Assembly (NCBI RefSeq): GCF_009914755.1
Contig: NC_060928.1
DNA: 64,000 nt
From: the human T2T-CHM13v2.0 reference genome, Homo sapiens
Reading direction: 5' to 3' (one strand)
Part shown: piece after piece, positions 44,401 through 59,810 of the stretch
Position numbering within the stretch: the stretch's first letter is position 1
Layout: every line of letters starts with the position of its first letter
Notes under the pieces: model-generated
Database searches by the model: none
The model's input: only the letters and a program-made list of their open reading frames with translations
Told to the model about the DNA's origin: nothing
Made by a program: the position numbers and the translations under genes

Positions 44401-44541
44401 TACTGTATATAATACATACTTTGGGCACATTGATATTTTATGTACAGTATATAATACATACTTTGGGTACTCTGATATTTTATGTACAGTATATAATACA
44501 TAATTTGGGTAGTTTGATATTTTATGTACAGTATATAATAC
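32436..44541 (+). repeat. Large duplicated block, copy 2 (about 12.1 kb, lacks the 3,610-bp duplication)
   Basis: Same order of segments and private variants as copy 1, e.g. TTATCAATGTTTGGTTACTTTCAC at about 12276/15886/33367, TTTGTCTACTGTGATA at 22446/40101, CAGCTTCTAATAC at 23344/40999. Confidence 0.9.
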
Positions 44542-47500
44542 TTACTTGGGGTATCTTGATATTTTATGTACAGTATATAATGCATACTTTGGGTACTTTG
44601 ATATTTTATGTACAGTATATAATGCATACTTTGAGTACTTTGATATTTTATGTACAGTATGTAATACATACTTTGGGTACTTTGATATTTTATGTATAGT
44701 ATATAATACATACTTTGTGTAGTTTGATATTTTATGTACAGTATACAATATATAGTTTGAGTACTTTGATATTTTATGTCCAGTATAAAATATATAGTTT
44801 TCCTAATTGATATTTTATGTACAGAATATAGTTTGAGTACTTTGATATTTTATGTACACTTTATTATAAATGTTTGGATACTTTCATATTTTATGTACAG
44901 TATATAATACATACTTTGGTCTCTTTGATGTTTTATGTACAGTATATAATACATACTTTGGGTTCTTTGATATTTTATGTGCAGAATATAATGCATAGTT
45001 TTAGGTACTTTTATATTTTATGTACAGTATATAATACATACTTTGGGTACTTTGATATTTTATGTACAGTATATAATACATACTTTGGGTACTTTGATAT
45101 TTTATGTACAGTATATAATACATATTATTGGTACTTTGATATTTTATGTCCAGTATAGAATATATAGTTTTGGTAGTTTGATATTTTATGTACAGTATAT
45201 AGTTTGAGTACATTGATATTTTATGTACACTTTATTATAAATGTTTGGATACTTTCATATTTTATGTACAGTATATAATACATACTTTGGGCACTTTGAT
45301 ATTTTATGTACAGTATACAATACATACTTTGGGTACTTTTTTTATTTTATGTACAGTATATAATACATAATTTGGGTACTTTGATATTTTATTTACAGTA
45401 TATAATGCATACTTTGGGTACTTTGATGTTTTATGTACAGTATATAATACATACTTAGGGTACTTTGACATTTTATGTGCAGTACATAATACATACTTTG
45501 GATGCTTTGTTATTTTAAATACAGTATGTAATACATATTTTGGGTACTTTGATATTTTATGTACAGTATATAATACATACTTTGGTACTTTGATATTTTA
45601 TGTACAGTATATAATACATACTTTGGTACTTTTATATTTCATGTACAGTATATAATATATAGTTTGGGTACTTTGATATTTTATGTACAGTATATAATAC
45701 ATAGTTTGGGTATTTTGATATTTTATGTACAGTATATAATACATACTTTGGGTACTTTGATATTTTATGTACAGTATATAATATATAGTTTGGGTACTTT
45801 GATAATTTATGTGCAGTATATAACACATACTTTCGGTAGTTGGATATTTTATGTACAGTATATAATACATACTTTGGGTACTTCGATATTTGATGTACAG
45901 TATACTATATATAGTTTGGGTACTTTGATATTTTATGTCGGGTACAAAATAAATAGTTTTGGTACTTAGATATTTTATGTACAGTATATAGTTTGAGTAC
46001 TTTGATATTTTATGTACAGTTTATTATTAATGGGTGCTTTCATATTTTATGTACAGTATATAATACATACTATGGGCACTTTGATATTTTATGTAGAGTA
46101 TATAATACATAATTTGGGTACTTTGATATTTTATATACACTACATAATACATACTTTGGGTACTTTGATATTTTATGTACAGTACATAATATATAGTTTG
46201 GGTACTTTGATATTGTATGTGCAGTATATAACACATACTTTCGGTACTTGGATATTTTATGTACAGTATATAATACATAATTTGGGTACTTCCATATTTT
46301 ATGTACAGTATGCTATATATACTTTGGGTACTTTGATATTTTATGTCCAGTAAAAAATAAAAAGTTTTGGTAATTCGATATTTTATGTACAGTGTATCGT
46401 TTGAGTACTTTGATATTTAATGTGCAGTTTATTATAAATGTTCGGGTGCTTTCATATTTTATGTACAGTATATAATACATACTTTGAGCACTTTGATATT
46501 TTATGTACAGTATATAATACATACTTTGAGTAATTTGATATTTTATGTACAGTATATAATACATACATTGGGTACTTTGATATTTTATGTACAGTATATA
46601 ATATATAGTTAGGGTACTTTGATATTTTATATACAGTATATAATATATATTATGTGTACTTTGATATATTATGTACAGTATATAATATATAGTTTGGGTA
46701 ATTTGATATTTTATGTACAGTATACAATATATAGTATTGGTACTTTGATATTTCATGTAAAGTATATAGTTTGAGTACTTTGATATTTTATATACAGTTT
46801 ATTATAAATGTTTGGGTACCTTCCTATTTTATGTAGAGTATATAATACATACTTTGGGAACTTTTATTTTATGTGCAGTATATAATACATACTTTGGGTA
46901 CTTTGATATTTTATGTACAGTATATAATACATACTATTGGTACTTTGATATTTTATGTACAGTATACAATATATAGTTTGAGTACTTTGATATTTTATGT
47001 CCAGTATAAAATATATAGATTTCATACTTTGATATTTTATGTACTGAATGTAGTTTGAGTACTTTGATATTTTATGTACACTTTATTATAAAAGTTTGGG
47101 TACTTTCATATTTTACGTACAGTATATAATACATACTTTGGGCACTTTGATGTTTTATGTACAGTATATAATACATACTTTGGGTTCTTTGATATTTTAT
47201 GTACAGCACATAATACATAATTTGGGGACTTTTATATTTTATGTACATTATATTATACATACTTTGGGTACTTTTATATTTTATGTACGGTATATAATAC
47301 ACACTTTGGGTACTTTGATATATTATGTACAGTATATAATACATACTTTGGGTACTTTGATATATTATGTACAGTATATAATACATACTAAGGGTACTTT
47401 GACATTTTATGTACAGTACATAATACATACTTTGGGTACTTTGATATTTTATGTACAGTATATAATGCATACTTTGGATACTTTGATATTTTATGTACAG

Positions 47501-48189
47501 TATATAATACATACTTTGGGTACTTTTATATTTTATGTACAGTATATAATATATAGTTTGGGTACTTTGATATTTTATGTACGGTATATAATACATACTT
47601 TGGGTACTTTGATATTTTATGTACAGTATATAATACATACTTTGTGTACTCTGATATTTTATGTACAGTATACAATATATAGTTTGAATACTTTGATATT
47701 TTATGTACTGTATAAAATATATAGTGTTCGTACTTTGATATTTTATGTACAATATATAGTTTGAGTACTTTGATATTTTATGTACAGTTTTTTATAAATG
47801 TTTGGGTGCTTTCAAATTTTATGTACAGTATATAATACATACAAAGGGCACTTTGATATTTTATGTACAGTATATAATACATACTTTGGGTACTCTGATA
47901 TTTTATATACAGTGTATAATACATACTTTGGGTACTTTGATATTTTATGTACAATATATAATACATACGTTGGCAACTTTGATATATTATGTACAGTATA
48001 TAATACATACTTTGGGTACTTTGATATTTTATCTACAGTATACAACACATAGTTTGTGTACTTTGATATTTTAGGTACAGTATATAATACATACTTTGGG
48101 TACTTTGATATTTTATGTACAGTATATAATACATACATTGGGTACTTTCATATTTTATGTACAGTATATAATATATAGTTTGGTTACTT

Positions 48190-50045
48190 TGATATTTTAT
48201 CTACAGCTTATAATACATACTTTGGATACTTTGATACTTTATGTACAGTATATAATACATAATTTGGGTACTTTGTTATTTTTTGTACAGTATACAATAT
48301 ATAGTTTGAGTACTTTGATATTTTATGTGCAGTATAAAATATATAGTTTTGGTACTTTCATATTTTATGTACAGTATATAGTTTGAGTACTTTGATATTT
48401 TATGTACAGTTTTTTATAAATGTTTGGGTGCTTTCATATTTTATGTACAGTATTTAATACATACTAAGGGCACTTTGATATTTTATGTACAGTATATAAT
48501 ACATACCTTGGGTACTTTGATATTTTATGTACAGTATATAATACATAGTTTGGGTATTTTGATATTTTATGTACAGTATATAATACATACTTTGGGTACT
48601 TTGATATTTTATGTACAGTATATAATACATACTTTGGGAACTTTGATATTTTATGTACAGTATGTAGAACATACTTTGGGTACTTTGATATTTTATGTAC
48701 AGGATATAATGCATACTTTGGGTACTTTGATAGTTTATGTACAGTATATAATACATACTTTGGGTACTTTGATATTTTATGTATAGTATAAAATATATAG
48801 TTTGCGTACTTTGATATTTTATGTACAGTATGTAAAACATAATTTGGGGAGTTTGATATTTTATGTACAGTATGTAAAACATACTTTGGGGAGTTTGATA
48901 TTTTATGAACAGTATATAATACACATTTTGTGTACTTTGATATTTTATGTAAAGTATATAATACATACTTTGGGTACTTTGATATTTTATGTACAGTATA
49001 TATTACATACTTTGGGTACTTTGATATTTTATGTACAGTATACAATATATAGTTTGAGTACTTTGATATTTTATGTACTGTATAAAATATATAGTTTTGG
49101 TACTTTGATATTTTATGTACAGTATATAGTTTGAGTACTTTGATATTTTATGTACAGTTTGTTATAAATATTTTGGTGCTTTCATATTTTATGTACTGTA
49201 TATAATACATGCTTTGGGCACTTTGATATTTTATGTACAGTATATAATACATACTTTGGGTACTCTGATATTTTATGTACAGTGTATAATACATACTTTG
49301 GGTACTTTGATATTTTATGTACAGTATATAATACATACATTGGGTACTTTGATATATTATGTACAGTATATAATACTTACTTGGGGTACTTTGATATTTT
49401 ATGTACAGTATATAATACATAGTTTGTGTACTTTGATATTTTATGTACAGTATGTAGTACACACTTTGGGTACTTTGATATTTTATGTACAGTATATAAT
49501 ACATACTTTGGGTATCTTGATATTTTATGTACAGTATATAATGCATACTTTGCGTCCTTTGATATTTTATGTACAGTATATAATGCATACTTTGGGTACT
49601 TTGATATTTCATGTACAGTATGCAATACATACTTTGGGTACTTTGATATTTTATGTATAGTATATAATACATACTTTGTGTAGTTTGATATTTTATGTAC
49701 AGTATACAATATATAGTTTGAGTACTTTGTTATTTTATGTGCAGTATAAAATATATAGTTTTCGTAATTGATATTTTATGTACACAATATAGTTTGAGTA
49801 CTTTGATATTTTATGTACACTTTATTATAAATGTTTGGGTACTTTCATATTTTATGTACAGTATATAATACATACTTTGGTCTCTTTGATGTTTTATGTA
49901 CAGTATATAATACATACTTTGGGTTCTTTGATATTTTATGTACAGAATATAATGCATAGTTTTAGGTACTTTTATATTTTATGTACAGTATATAATACAT
50001 ACTTTGGGTACTTTGATATTTTATGTACAGTATATAATACATACT
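48190..50045 (+). repeat. Block paralogous to about 54508-56363 (offset 6318)
   Basis: ORF pairs 48424/54742, 48802/55120, 49148/55466, 49835/56153. Private TTTGCGTCCTTTGA at about 49549/55868. Confidence 0.85.
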
Positions 50046-50059
50046 TTGGGAACTTTGAT

Positions 50060-51330
50060 ATTTTATGTACAGTATGTAATACATACTTTGGGTACTTTGA
50101 TATTTTATGTACAGTATATAATACATACTATTGGTACTTTGATATTTTATGTACAGTATACAATATATAGTTTGAGTACTTTGATATTTTATGTCCAGTA
50201 TAAAATACATAGATTTCATACTTTGATATTTTATGTACAGAATATAGTTTGAGTACTTTGATATTTTATGTACACTTTATCATAAAAGTTTGGGTACTTT
50301 CATATTTTACGTACAGTATATAATACATACTTTGGGCACTTTGATGTTTTATGTACAGTATATAATACATACTTTGGGTTCTTTGATATGTTATGTACAG
50401 CATATAGTATATAATTTGGGGACTTTTATATTTTATGTACATTATATAATACATACTTTGGGTACTTTTATATTTTATGTACGGTATGTAATACATACTT
50501 TGGGTACTTTGATATATTATGTACAGTATATAATACATACTTTGGGTACTTTGATATATTATGTACAGTATATAATACATACTTAGGGTACTTTGACATT
50601 TTATGTACAGTACATAATACATACTTTGGGTACTTTGATATTTTATGTACAGCATATAATACATACTTTGGGTACTTTGATATTTTATGTACAGTATATA
50701 ATACATGTTTTGGGTACTTTTACATTTTATGTACAGTATATAATATATAGTTTGGGTACTTTGATATTTTATGAATGGTATATAATACATAATTTGGGTA
50801 CTTTGATATTTTATGTACAGTATATAATACATACTTTGGGTACTTTGATAATTTATGTACAGTATATAATACATACTTTGGGTACTTTGATATTTAATAT
50901 ACAGTATATAATACACACTTTGCGTACTTTGATATTTTATGTAAAGTATGTAATACATACTTTGGGTACTTTGATATTTTATGTACAGTATGTAATACAC
51001 GCTTTGGGTACTTTGATATTTTATGTAGAGTATGTAAAACATACTTTGGGTAGTTTGTTATTTTATGATCAGTATATAATACATACTTTGGGTACTTTGA
51101 TATTTTATGTACAGTATATAATACATACTTTGGGTACTTTGATATTTTATGTACAGTATATAATGCATAATTTGGGTACTTCAATAGTTTATGCACAGTA
51201 TATAATACATACTTTGGGTAATTTGATATTTTATGTACAGTATATAATGCATACTTTGGGTACTTTGATAGTTTATGTACAGTATACAATACATACTTTG
51301 GGTACTTTGATATTTTATGTACAGTATATA
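50060..51330 (+). repeat. Block paralogous to about 53218-54488 (offset 3158; 3200 immediately upstream)
   Basis: ORF pairs 50266/53424, 50290/53448, 50593/53751, 50894/54052. Private CATGTTTTGGGTACTTTTACA and ACACGCTTTGGG variants in both. Confidence 0.85.
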
Positions 51331-54300
51331 ATACATAGTTTGGTTACTTTGATATTTTTTGTACAGTATGTAAAACATACTTTGGGGAGTTTGATATTTT
51401 ATGAACAGTATATAATACACATTTTGGGTACTTTGATATTTTATGTACGGTATATAATACATACTTTGGGTACTTTGATATTTTATGTACAGTATATAAT
51501 TCATACTTTGTGTACTTTGATATTTTATGTACAGTATATAATACATACATTGGGTACTTCGATATTTTATGTGCAGTACCCTATATATAGTTTGGGTACT
51601 TTGATATTTTATGTCCAGTATAAAATAAATAGTTTTGGTACTTTGATATTTTATGTACAGTATATAGTTTGAGTACTTTGATATTTAATGTTCAGTTTAT
51701 TATAAATGTTTGGGTGCTTTCATATTTTATATACAGTATATAATACATACTTTGGGCACTTTGATATTTTCTGTACAGTATATAATACATACTTTGGGTA
51801 CTTTGATATTTTATGTACGGTATATAATACATACATTGGGTACTTTGATATTTTATGTACAGTATATAATATATAGTTTGGTTACTTTGATATTTTATAG
51901 ACAGTATATAATATATATTATGTGTACTTTGATATATTATGTACAGTATATAATATATAGTATGGGTTGTTTGATATTTTATGTACAGTATATAATATAT
52001 AGTTTGGGTAGTTTGATATTTTTAGTACAGTATGTAATATATTGTTTGTTTTATTTGATATTTTATGTACAGTATACAATATATAGTATTGGTACTTTGA
52101 TATTTCATGTAAAGTATATAGTTTGAGTACTTTGATATTTTATATGCAGTTTATTATAAATGTTTGGGTACCTTCATAATTTATGTACAGTATATAATAC
52201 ATACTTTGGGAACTTTTATTTTATGTGCAGTATATAATACATACTTTGGGTACTTTGATATTTCATGTACAGTATATAATACACACTTTGGGTACTTTGA
52301 TATTTTATGTACAGTATATAATACACACTTTGGGTACTTTGATATTTTATGTACAGTATATAATACATACTTTGGGTACTTTGATGTATTATGTACAGTA
52401 TATAATACATACTTTGGGTACTTTGATATTTTATGTACAGTATATAATACATACTTTGGGTACTTTGATATTTTATGTACAGTATGTAATACACACTTTG
52501 GGTACTTTGATATTTTATGTACAGTATGTAAAACATACTTTGGGTAGTTTGATATATTATGTACAGTATATAATACATACTTTGGGTACTCTGATATTTT
52601 ATGTACAGTGTATAATACATACTTTGGGTACTTTGATATTTTATGTACAGTATATAATACATACATTGGGTACTTTGATATATTATGTACAGTATATAAT
52701 ACTTACTTGGGGTATCTTGATATTTTATGTACAGTATATAATGCATACTTTGGGTACTTTGATATTTTATGTACAGTATATAATGCATACTTTGAGTACT
52801 TTGATATTTTATGTACAGTATGTAATACATACTTTGGGTACTTTGATATTTTATGTATAGTATATAATACATACTTTGTGTAGTTTGATATTTTATGTAC
52901 AGTATACAATATATAGTTTGAGTACTTTGATATTTTATGTCCAGTATAAAATATATAGTTTTCCTAATTGATATTTTATGTACAGAATATAGTTTGAGTA
53001 CTTTGATATTTTATGTACACTTTATTATAAATGTTTGGGTACTTTCATATTTTATGTACAGTATATAATACATACTTTGGTCTCTTTGATGTTTTATGTA
53101 CAGTATATAATACATACTTTGGGTTCTTTGATATTTTATGTGCAGAATATAATGCATAGTTTTAGGTACTTTTATATTTTATGTACAGTATATAATACAT
53201 ACTTTGGGTACTTTGATATTTTATGTACAGTATATAATACATACTTTGGGTACTTTGATATTTTATGTACAGTATATAATACATATTATTGGTACTTTGA
53301 TATTTTATGTACAGTATACAATATATAGTTTGAGTACTTTGATATTTTATGTCCAGTATAAAATACATAGATTTCATACTTTGATATTTTATGTACAGAA
53401 TATAGTTTGAGTACTTTGATATTTTATGTACACTTTATCATAAAAGTTTGGGTACTTTCATATTTTACGTACAGTATATAATACATACTTTGGGCACTTT
53501 GATGTTTTATGTACAGTATATAATACATACTTTGGGTTCTTTGATATGTTATGTACAGCATATAGTACATAATTTGGGGACTTTTATATTTTATGTACAT
53601 TATATAATACATACTTTGGGTACTTTTATATTTTATGTACGGTATATAATACATACTTTGGGTACTTTGATATATTATGTACAGTATATAATACATACTT
53701 TGGGTACTTTGATATATTATGTACAGTATATAATACATACTTAGGGTACTTTGACATTTTATGTACAGTACATAATACATACTTTGGGTACTTTGATATT
53801 TTATGTACAGTATATAATACATACTTTGGGTACTTTGATATTTTATGTACAGTATATAATTCATGTTTTGGGTACTTTTACATTTTATGTACAGTATATA
53901 ATATATAGTTTGGGTACTTTGATATTTTATGTACGGTATATAATACATACTTTGGGTACTTTGATATTTTATGTACAGTATATAATACATACTTTGGGTA
54001 CTTTGATAATTTATGTACAGTATATAATACATACTTTGGGTACTTTGATATTTAATGTACAGTATATAATACACACTTTGCATACTTTGATATTTTATGT
54101 AAAGTATGTAATACATACTTTGGGTACTTTGATATTTTATGTACAGTATATAATACACGCTTTGGGTACTTTGATATTTTATGTAGAGTATGTAAAACAT
54201 ACTTTGGGTAGTTTGTTATTTTATGATCAGTATATAATACATATTTTGGGTACTTTGATATTTTATGTACAGTATATAATACATACTTTGGGTACTTTGA

Positions 54301-56564
54301 TATTTTATGTACAGTATATAATGCATAATTTGGGTACTTCAATAGTTTATGCACAGTATATAATACATACTTTGGGTAATTTGATATTTTATGTACAGTA
54401 TATAATGCATACTTTGGGTACTTTGATAGTTTATGTACAGTATACAATACATACTTTGGGTACTTTGATATTTTATGTACAGTATATAATATGTAGTTTG
54501 GGTACTTTGATATTTTATTTACAGCTTATAATACATACTTTGGATACTTTGATACTTTATGTACAGTATATAATACATAATTTGGGTACTTTGTTATTTT
54601 ATGTACAGTATACAATATATAGTTTGAGTACTTTGATATTTTATGTGCAGTATAAAATATATAGTTTTGGTACTTTCATATTTTATGTACAGTATATAGT
54701 TTGAGTACTTTGATATTTTATGTACAGTTTTTTATAAATGTTTGGGTGCTTTCATATTTTATGTACAGTATATAATACATACTAAGGGCACTTTGATATT
54801 TTATGTACAGTATATAATACATACCTTGGGTACTTTGATATTTTATGTACAGTATATAATATATAGTTTGGGTATTTTGATATTTTATGTACAGTATATA
54901 ATACATATTTTGGGTACTTTGATATTGTATGTACAGTATATAATACATACTTTGGGAACTTTGATATTTTATGTACAGTATGTAGAACATACTTTGGGTA
55001 CTTTGATATTTTATGTACAGGATATAATGCATACTTTGGGTACTTTGATAGTTTATGTACAGTATATAATACATACTTTGGGTACTTTGATATTTTATGT
55101 ATAGTATAAAATATATAGTTTGGGTACTTTGATATTTTATGTACAGTATGTAAAACATACTTTGGGGAGTTTGATATTTTATGTACAGTATGTAAAACAT
55201 ACTTTGGGGAGTTTGATATTTTATGAACAGTATATAATACACATTTTGTGTACTTTGATATTTTATGTAAAGTATATAATACATACTTTGGGTACTTTGA
55301 TATTTTATGTACAGTATATATTACATACTTTGGGTACTTTGATATTTTATGTACAGTATACAATATATAGTTTGAGTACTTTGATATTTTATGTACTGTA
55401 TAAAATATATAGTTTTGGTACTTTGATATTTTATGTACAGTATATAGTTTGAGTACTTTGATATTTTATGTACAGTTTGTTATAAATATTTTGGTGCTTT
55501 CATATTTTATGTACTGTATATAATACATGCTTTGGGCACTTTGATATTTTATGTACAGTATATAATACATACTTTGGGTACTCTGATATTTTATGTACAG
55601 TGTATAATACATACTTTGGGTACTTTGATATTTTATGTACAGTATATAATACATACATTGGGTACTTTGATATATTATGTACAGTATATAATACTTACTT
55701 GGGGTACTTTGATATTTTATGTACATTATATAATACATAGTTTGTGTACTTTGATATTTTATCTACAGTATGTAGTACACACTTTGGGTACTTTGATATT
55801 TTATGTACAGTATATAATACATACTTTGGGTATCTTGATATTTTATGTACAGTATATAATGCATACTTTGCGTCCTTTGATATTTTATGTACAGTATATA
55901 ATGCATACTTTGGGTACTTTGATATTTCATGTACAGTATGTAATACATACTTTGGGTACTTTGATATTTTATGTATAGTATATAATACATACTTTGTGTA
56001 GTTTGATATTTTATGTACAGTATACAATATATAGTTTGAGTACTTTGTTATTTTATGTGCAGTATAAAATATATAGTTTTCGTAATTGATATTTTATGTA
56101 CAGAATATAGTTTGAGTACTTTGATATTTTATGTACAATTTATTATAAATGTTTGGGTACTTTCATGTTTTATGTACAGTGTATAATACATACTTTGGTC
56201 TCTTTGATGTTTTATGTACAGTATATAATACATACTTTGGGTTCTTTGATATTTTATGAACAGAAAATAATGCATAGTTTTAGGTACTTTTATATTTTAT
56301 GTACAGTATATAATACATACTTTGGGTACTTTGATATTTTATGTACAGTATATAATACATACTTTGGGTACTTTGATATTTTATGTACGGTATATAATAC
56401 ATACTTTGGGTACTTTGATATTTTATGTACAGTATATAATACATGTTTTGGGTACTTTTATATTTTATGTACAGTATATAATATATAGTTTGGGTACTTT
56501 GATATTTTATGTACGGTATATAATACATACTTTGGATACTTAGATATTTTATGTACAGTATATA

Positions 56565-59500
56565 ATACATACTTTGGGTACTTTGATATTTTATGTACAG
56601 TATATAATGCATAATTTGGGTACTTCAATAGTTTATGCACAGTATATAATACATACTTTGGGTAATTTGATATTTTATGTACAGTATATAATGCATACTT
56701 TGGGTACTTTGATAGTTTATGTACAGTATACAATACATACTTTGGGTACTTTGATATTTTATGTACAGTATATAATATGTAGTTTGGGTACTTTGATATT
56801 TTAACTACAGTATATAATACATACTTTGGGTACTTTGATATTTTATCTACAGTATATAATACATACTTTGGGTACTTTGATATATTATGTACAGTATATA
56901 ATACATAGTTTGGTTACTTTGATATTTTTTGTACAGTATGTAAAACATACTTTGGGGAGTTTGATATTTTATAAACAGTATATAATACACATTTTGGGTA
57001 CTTTGATATTTTATGTACGGTATATAATACATAGTTTGGGTACTTTGATATTTTATGTACAGTATATAATTCATACTTTGGGTACTTTGATATTTTATGT
57101 ACAGTATATAATACATACATTGGGTACTTCGATATTTTATGTGCAGTACCCTATATATAGTTTGGGTACTTTGATATTTTATGTCCAGTATAAAATAAAT
57201 AGTTTTGGTACTTTGATATTTTATGTACAGTATATAGTTTGAGTACTTTGATATTTAATGTTCAGTTTATTATAAATGTTTGGGTGCTTTCATATTTTAT
57301 ATACAGTATATAATACATACTTTGGGCACTTTGATATTTTCTGTACAGTATATAATACATACTTTGGGTACTTTGATATTTTATGTACGGTATATAATTC
57401 ATACATTGGGTACTTTGATATTTTATGTACAGTATATAATATATAGTTTGGTTACTTTGATATTTTATATACATTATATAATATATATTATGTGTACTTT
57501 GAAAAATTATGTACAGTATATAATATATAGTATGGGTTGTTTGATATTTTATGTACAGTATATAATATATAGTTTGGGTAGTTTGATATTTTTAGTAGAG
57601 TATGTAATATATAGTTTGTTTTATTTGATATTTTATGTACAGTATACAATATATAGTATTGGTACTTTGATATTTCATGTAAAGTATATAGTTTGAGTAC
57701 TTTGATATTTTATATGCAGTTTATTATAAATGTTTGGGTACCTTCATATTTTATGTACAGTATATAATACATACTTTGGGAACTTTTATTTTATGTGCAG
57801 TATATAATACATACTTTGGGTACTTTGATATTTTATGTACAGTATATAATATATACTTTGGGAACTTTGATATTTTATGTACAGTATGTAAAACATACTT
57901 CGGGTACTTTGATATTTTATGTACAGTATATAATACATACTATTGGTACTTTGATATTTTATGTACATTATACAATATATAGTTTGAGTACTTTGATATT
58001 TTATGTCCAGGATAAAATATATAGATTTCGTACTTTGATATTTTATGTACAGAATATAGTTTGAGTACTTTGATATTGTATGTACAATTTATTATAAAAG
58101 TTTGGGTACTTTCATATTTTACGTACAGTATATAATACATACTTTGGGCACTTTGATGTTTTATGTACAGTATATAATACATACTTTAGGTTCTTTTATA
58201 TTTTATGTACAGCATATAATACAAAATTTGGGGACTTTTATATTTTATGTACATTATATAATACATACTTTGGGTACTTTTATATTTTATGTACGGTATA
58301 TAATACATACTTTGGGTACTTTGATATATTATGTACAGTATATAATACATACTTTGGGTACTTTGATATATTATGTACAGTATATAATATATAGTTTGGG
58401 TACTTTGATATTTTATGTACGGTATATAATACATACTTTGGGTACTTTGATATTTTATGTATAGTATATAATACATACTTTGGGTACTTTGATATTGTAT
58501 GTACAGTATACAATATATAGTTTGAGTACTTTGATATTTTATGTACTGTATAAAATATATAGTTTTGGTACTTTGATATTTTATGTATAGTATATAGTTT
58601 GAGTACTTTGATATTTTATGTACAGTTTTTTATAAATATTTGGGTGCTTTGATATTTTATGTACAGTATATAATACATACTAAGCGCACTTTGATATTTT
58701 ATGTACAGTATATAATACATACTTTGGTTACTCTGATATTTTATGTACAGTGTATAATACATACTTTGGGTACTTTGATATTTTATGTACAATATATAAT
58801 ACATACGTTGGGAACTTTGATATATTATGTACAGAATATAATTCATACTTTGGGTACTTTGATATTTTATGTACAGTATATAATACATAGTTTGTGTACT
58901 TTGATATTTTATGTACAGTATATAATACATACTTTGGTACTTTGATATTTTATATACAGTATATAATACATACTTTGGGTACTTTCATATTTTATGTACA
59001 GTATATAATATATAGCTTGGGTACTTTGATATTTTTTCTACAGCTTATAATACATACTTTGGGTATTTTGATATTTTATGTACAGTATATAATACATACT
59101 TTGGGTAGTTTGATATTTTATGTACAGTATACAATATAGAGTTTGAGTACTTTGATATTTTATGTGCAGTATAAAATATATAGTTTTGGTACTTTGATAT
59201 TTTATGTACAGTTTATAGTTTGAGTACTTTGATATTTTATGTACAGTTTATTATAAATGTTTGGGTACTTTCATATTTGATGTACAGTATATAATACATA
59301 ATTTGGGCACTTTGATATTTTATGTACAGTATATAATACATACTTTGGGTACTTTGATATTTTATGTACAGTATATAATACATACGTTGGGTATCTTGAT
59401 ATTTTATGTACAGTATATAATGCATACTTTGGGTACTTTGATATTTTATGTACAGTATATAATGCATACTTTGAGTACTTTGATATTTTATATACAGTAT

Positions 59501-59810
59501 ATAACACATACTTTGGGTACTTTCATATTTTATGTACAGTATATAATACATACTTTGTGTAGTTTGATATTTTATGTACAGTATACAATATATAGTTTGA
59601 GTACTTTGTTATTTTATGTCCAGTATAAAATATATAGTTTTGGTAATTGATATTTTATGTACAGAATATAGTTTGAGTACTTTGATATTTTATGTACACT
59701 TTATTATAAATGTTTGGGTACTTTCATATTTTATGTACAGTATATAATACATACTTTGGTCTCTTTGATGTTTTATGTACAGTATATAATACATACTTTG
59801 GGTTCTTTGA
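56565..59810 (+). repeat. Third, more diverged copy of part of the large block (about 36650-39900; offsets 19915, then 19907)
   Basis: ORF pairs 36911/56826, 37365/57280, 37819/57734, 38187/58102 (19915) and 39354/59261, 39807/59714 (19907). Shared AACATACTTCGGGT, GTCCAGGATAAAA and ACAAAATTTGGGGAC variants. Confidence 0.8.
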
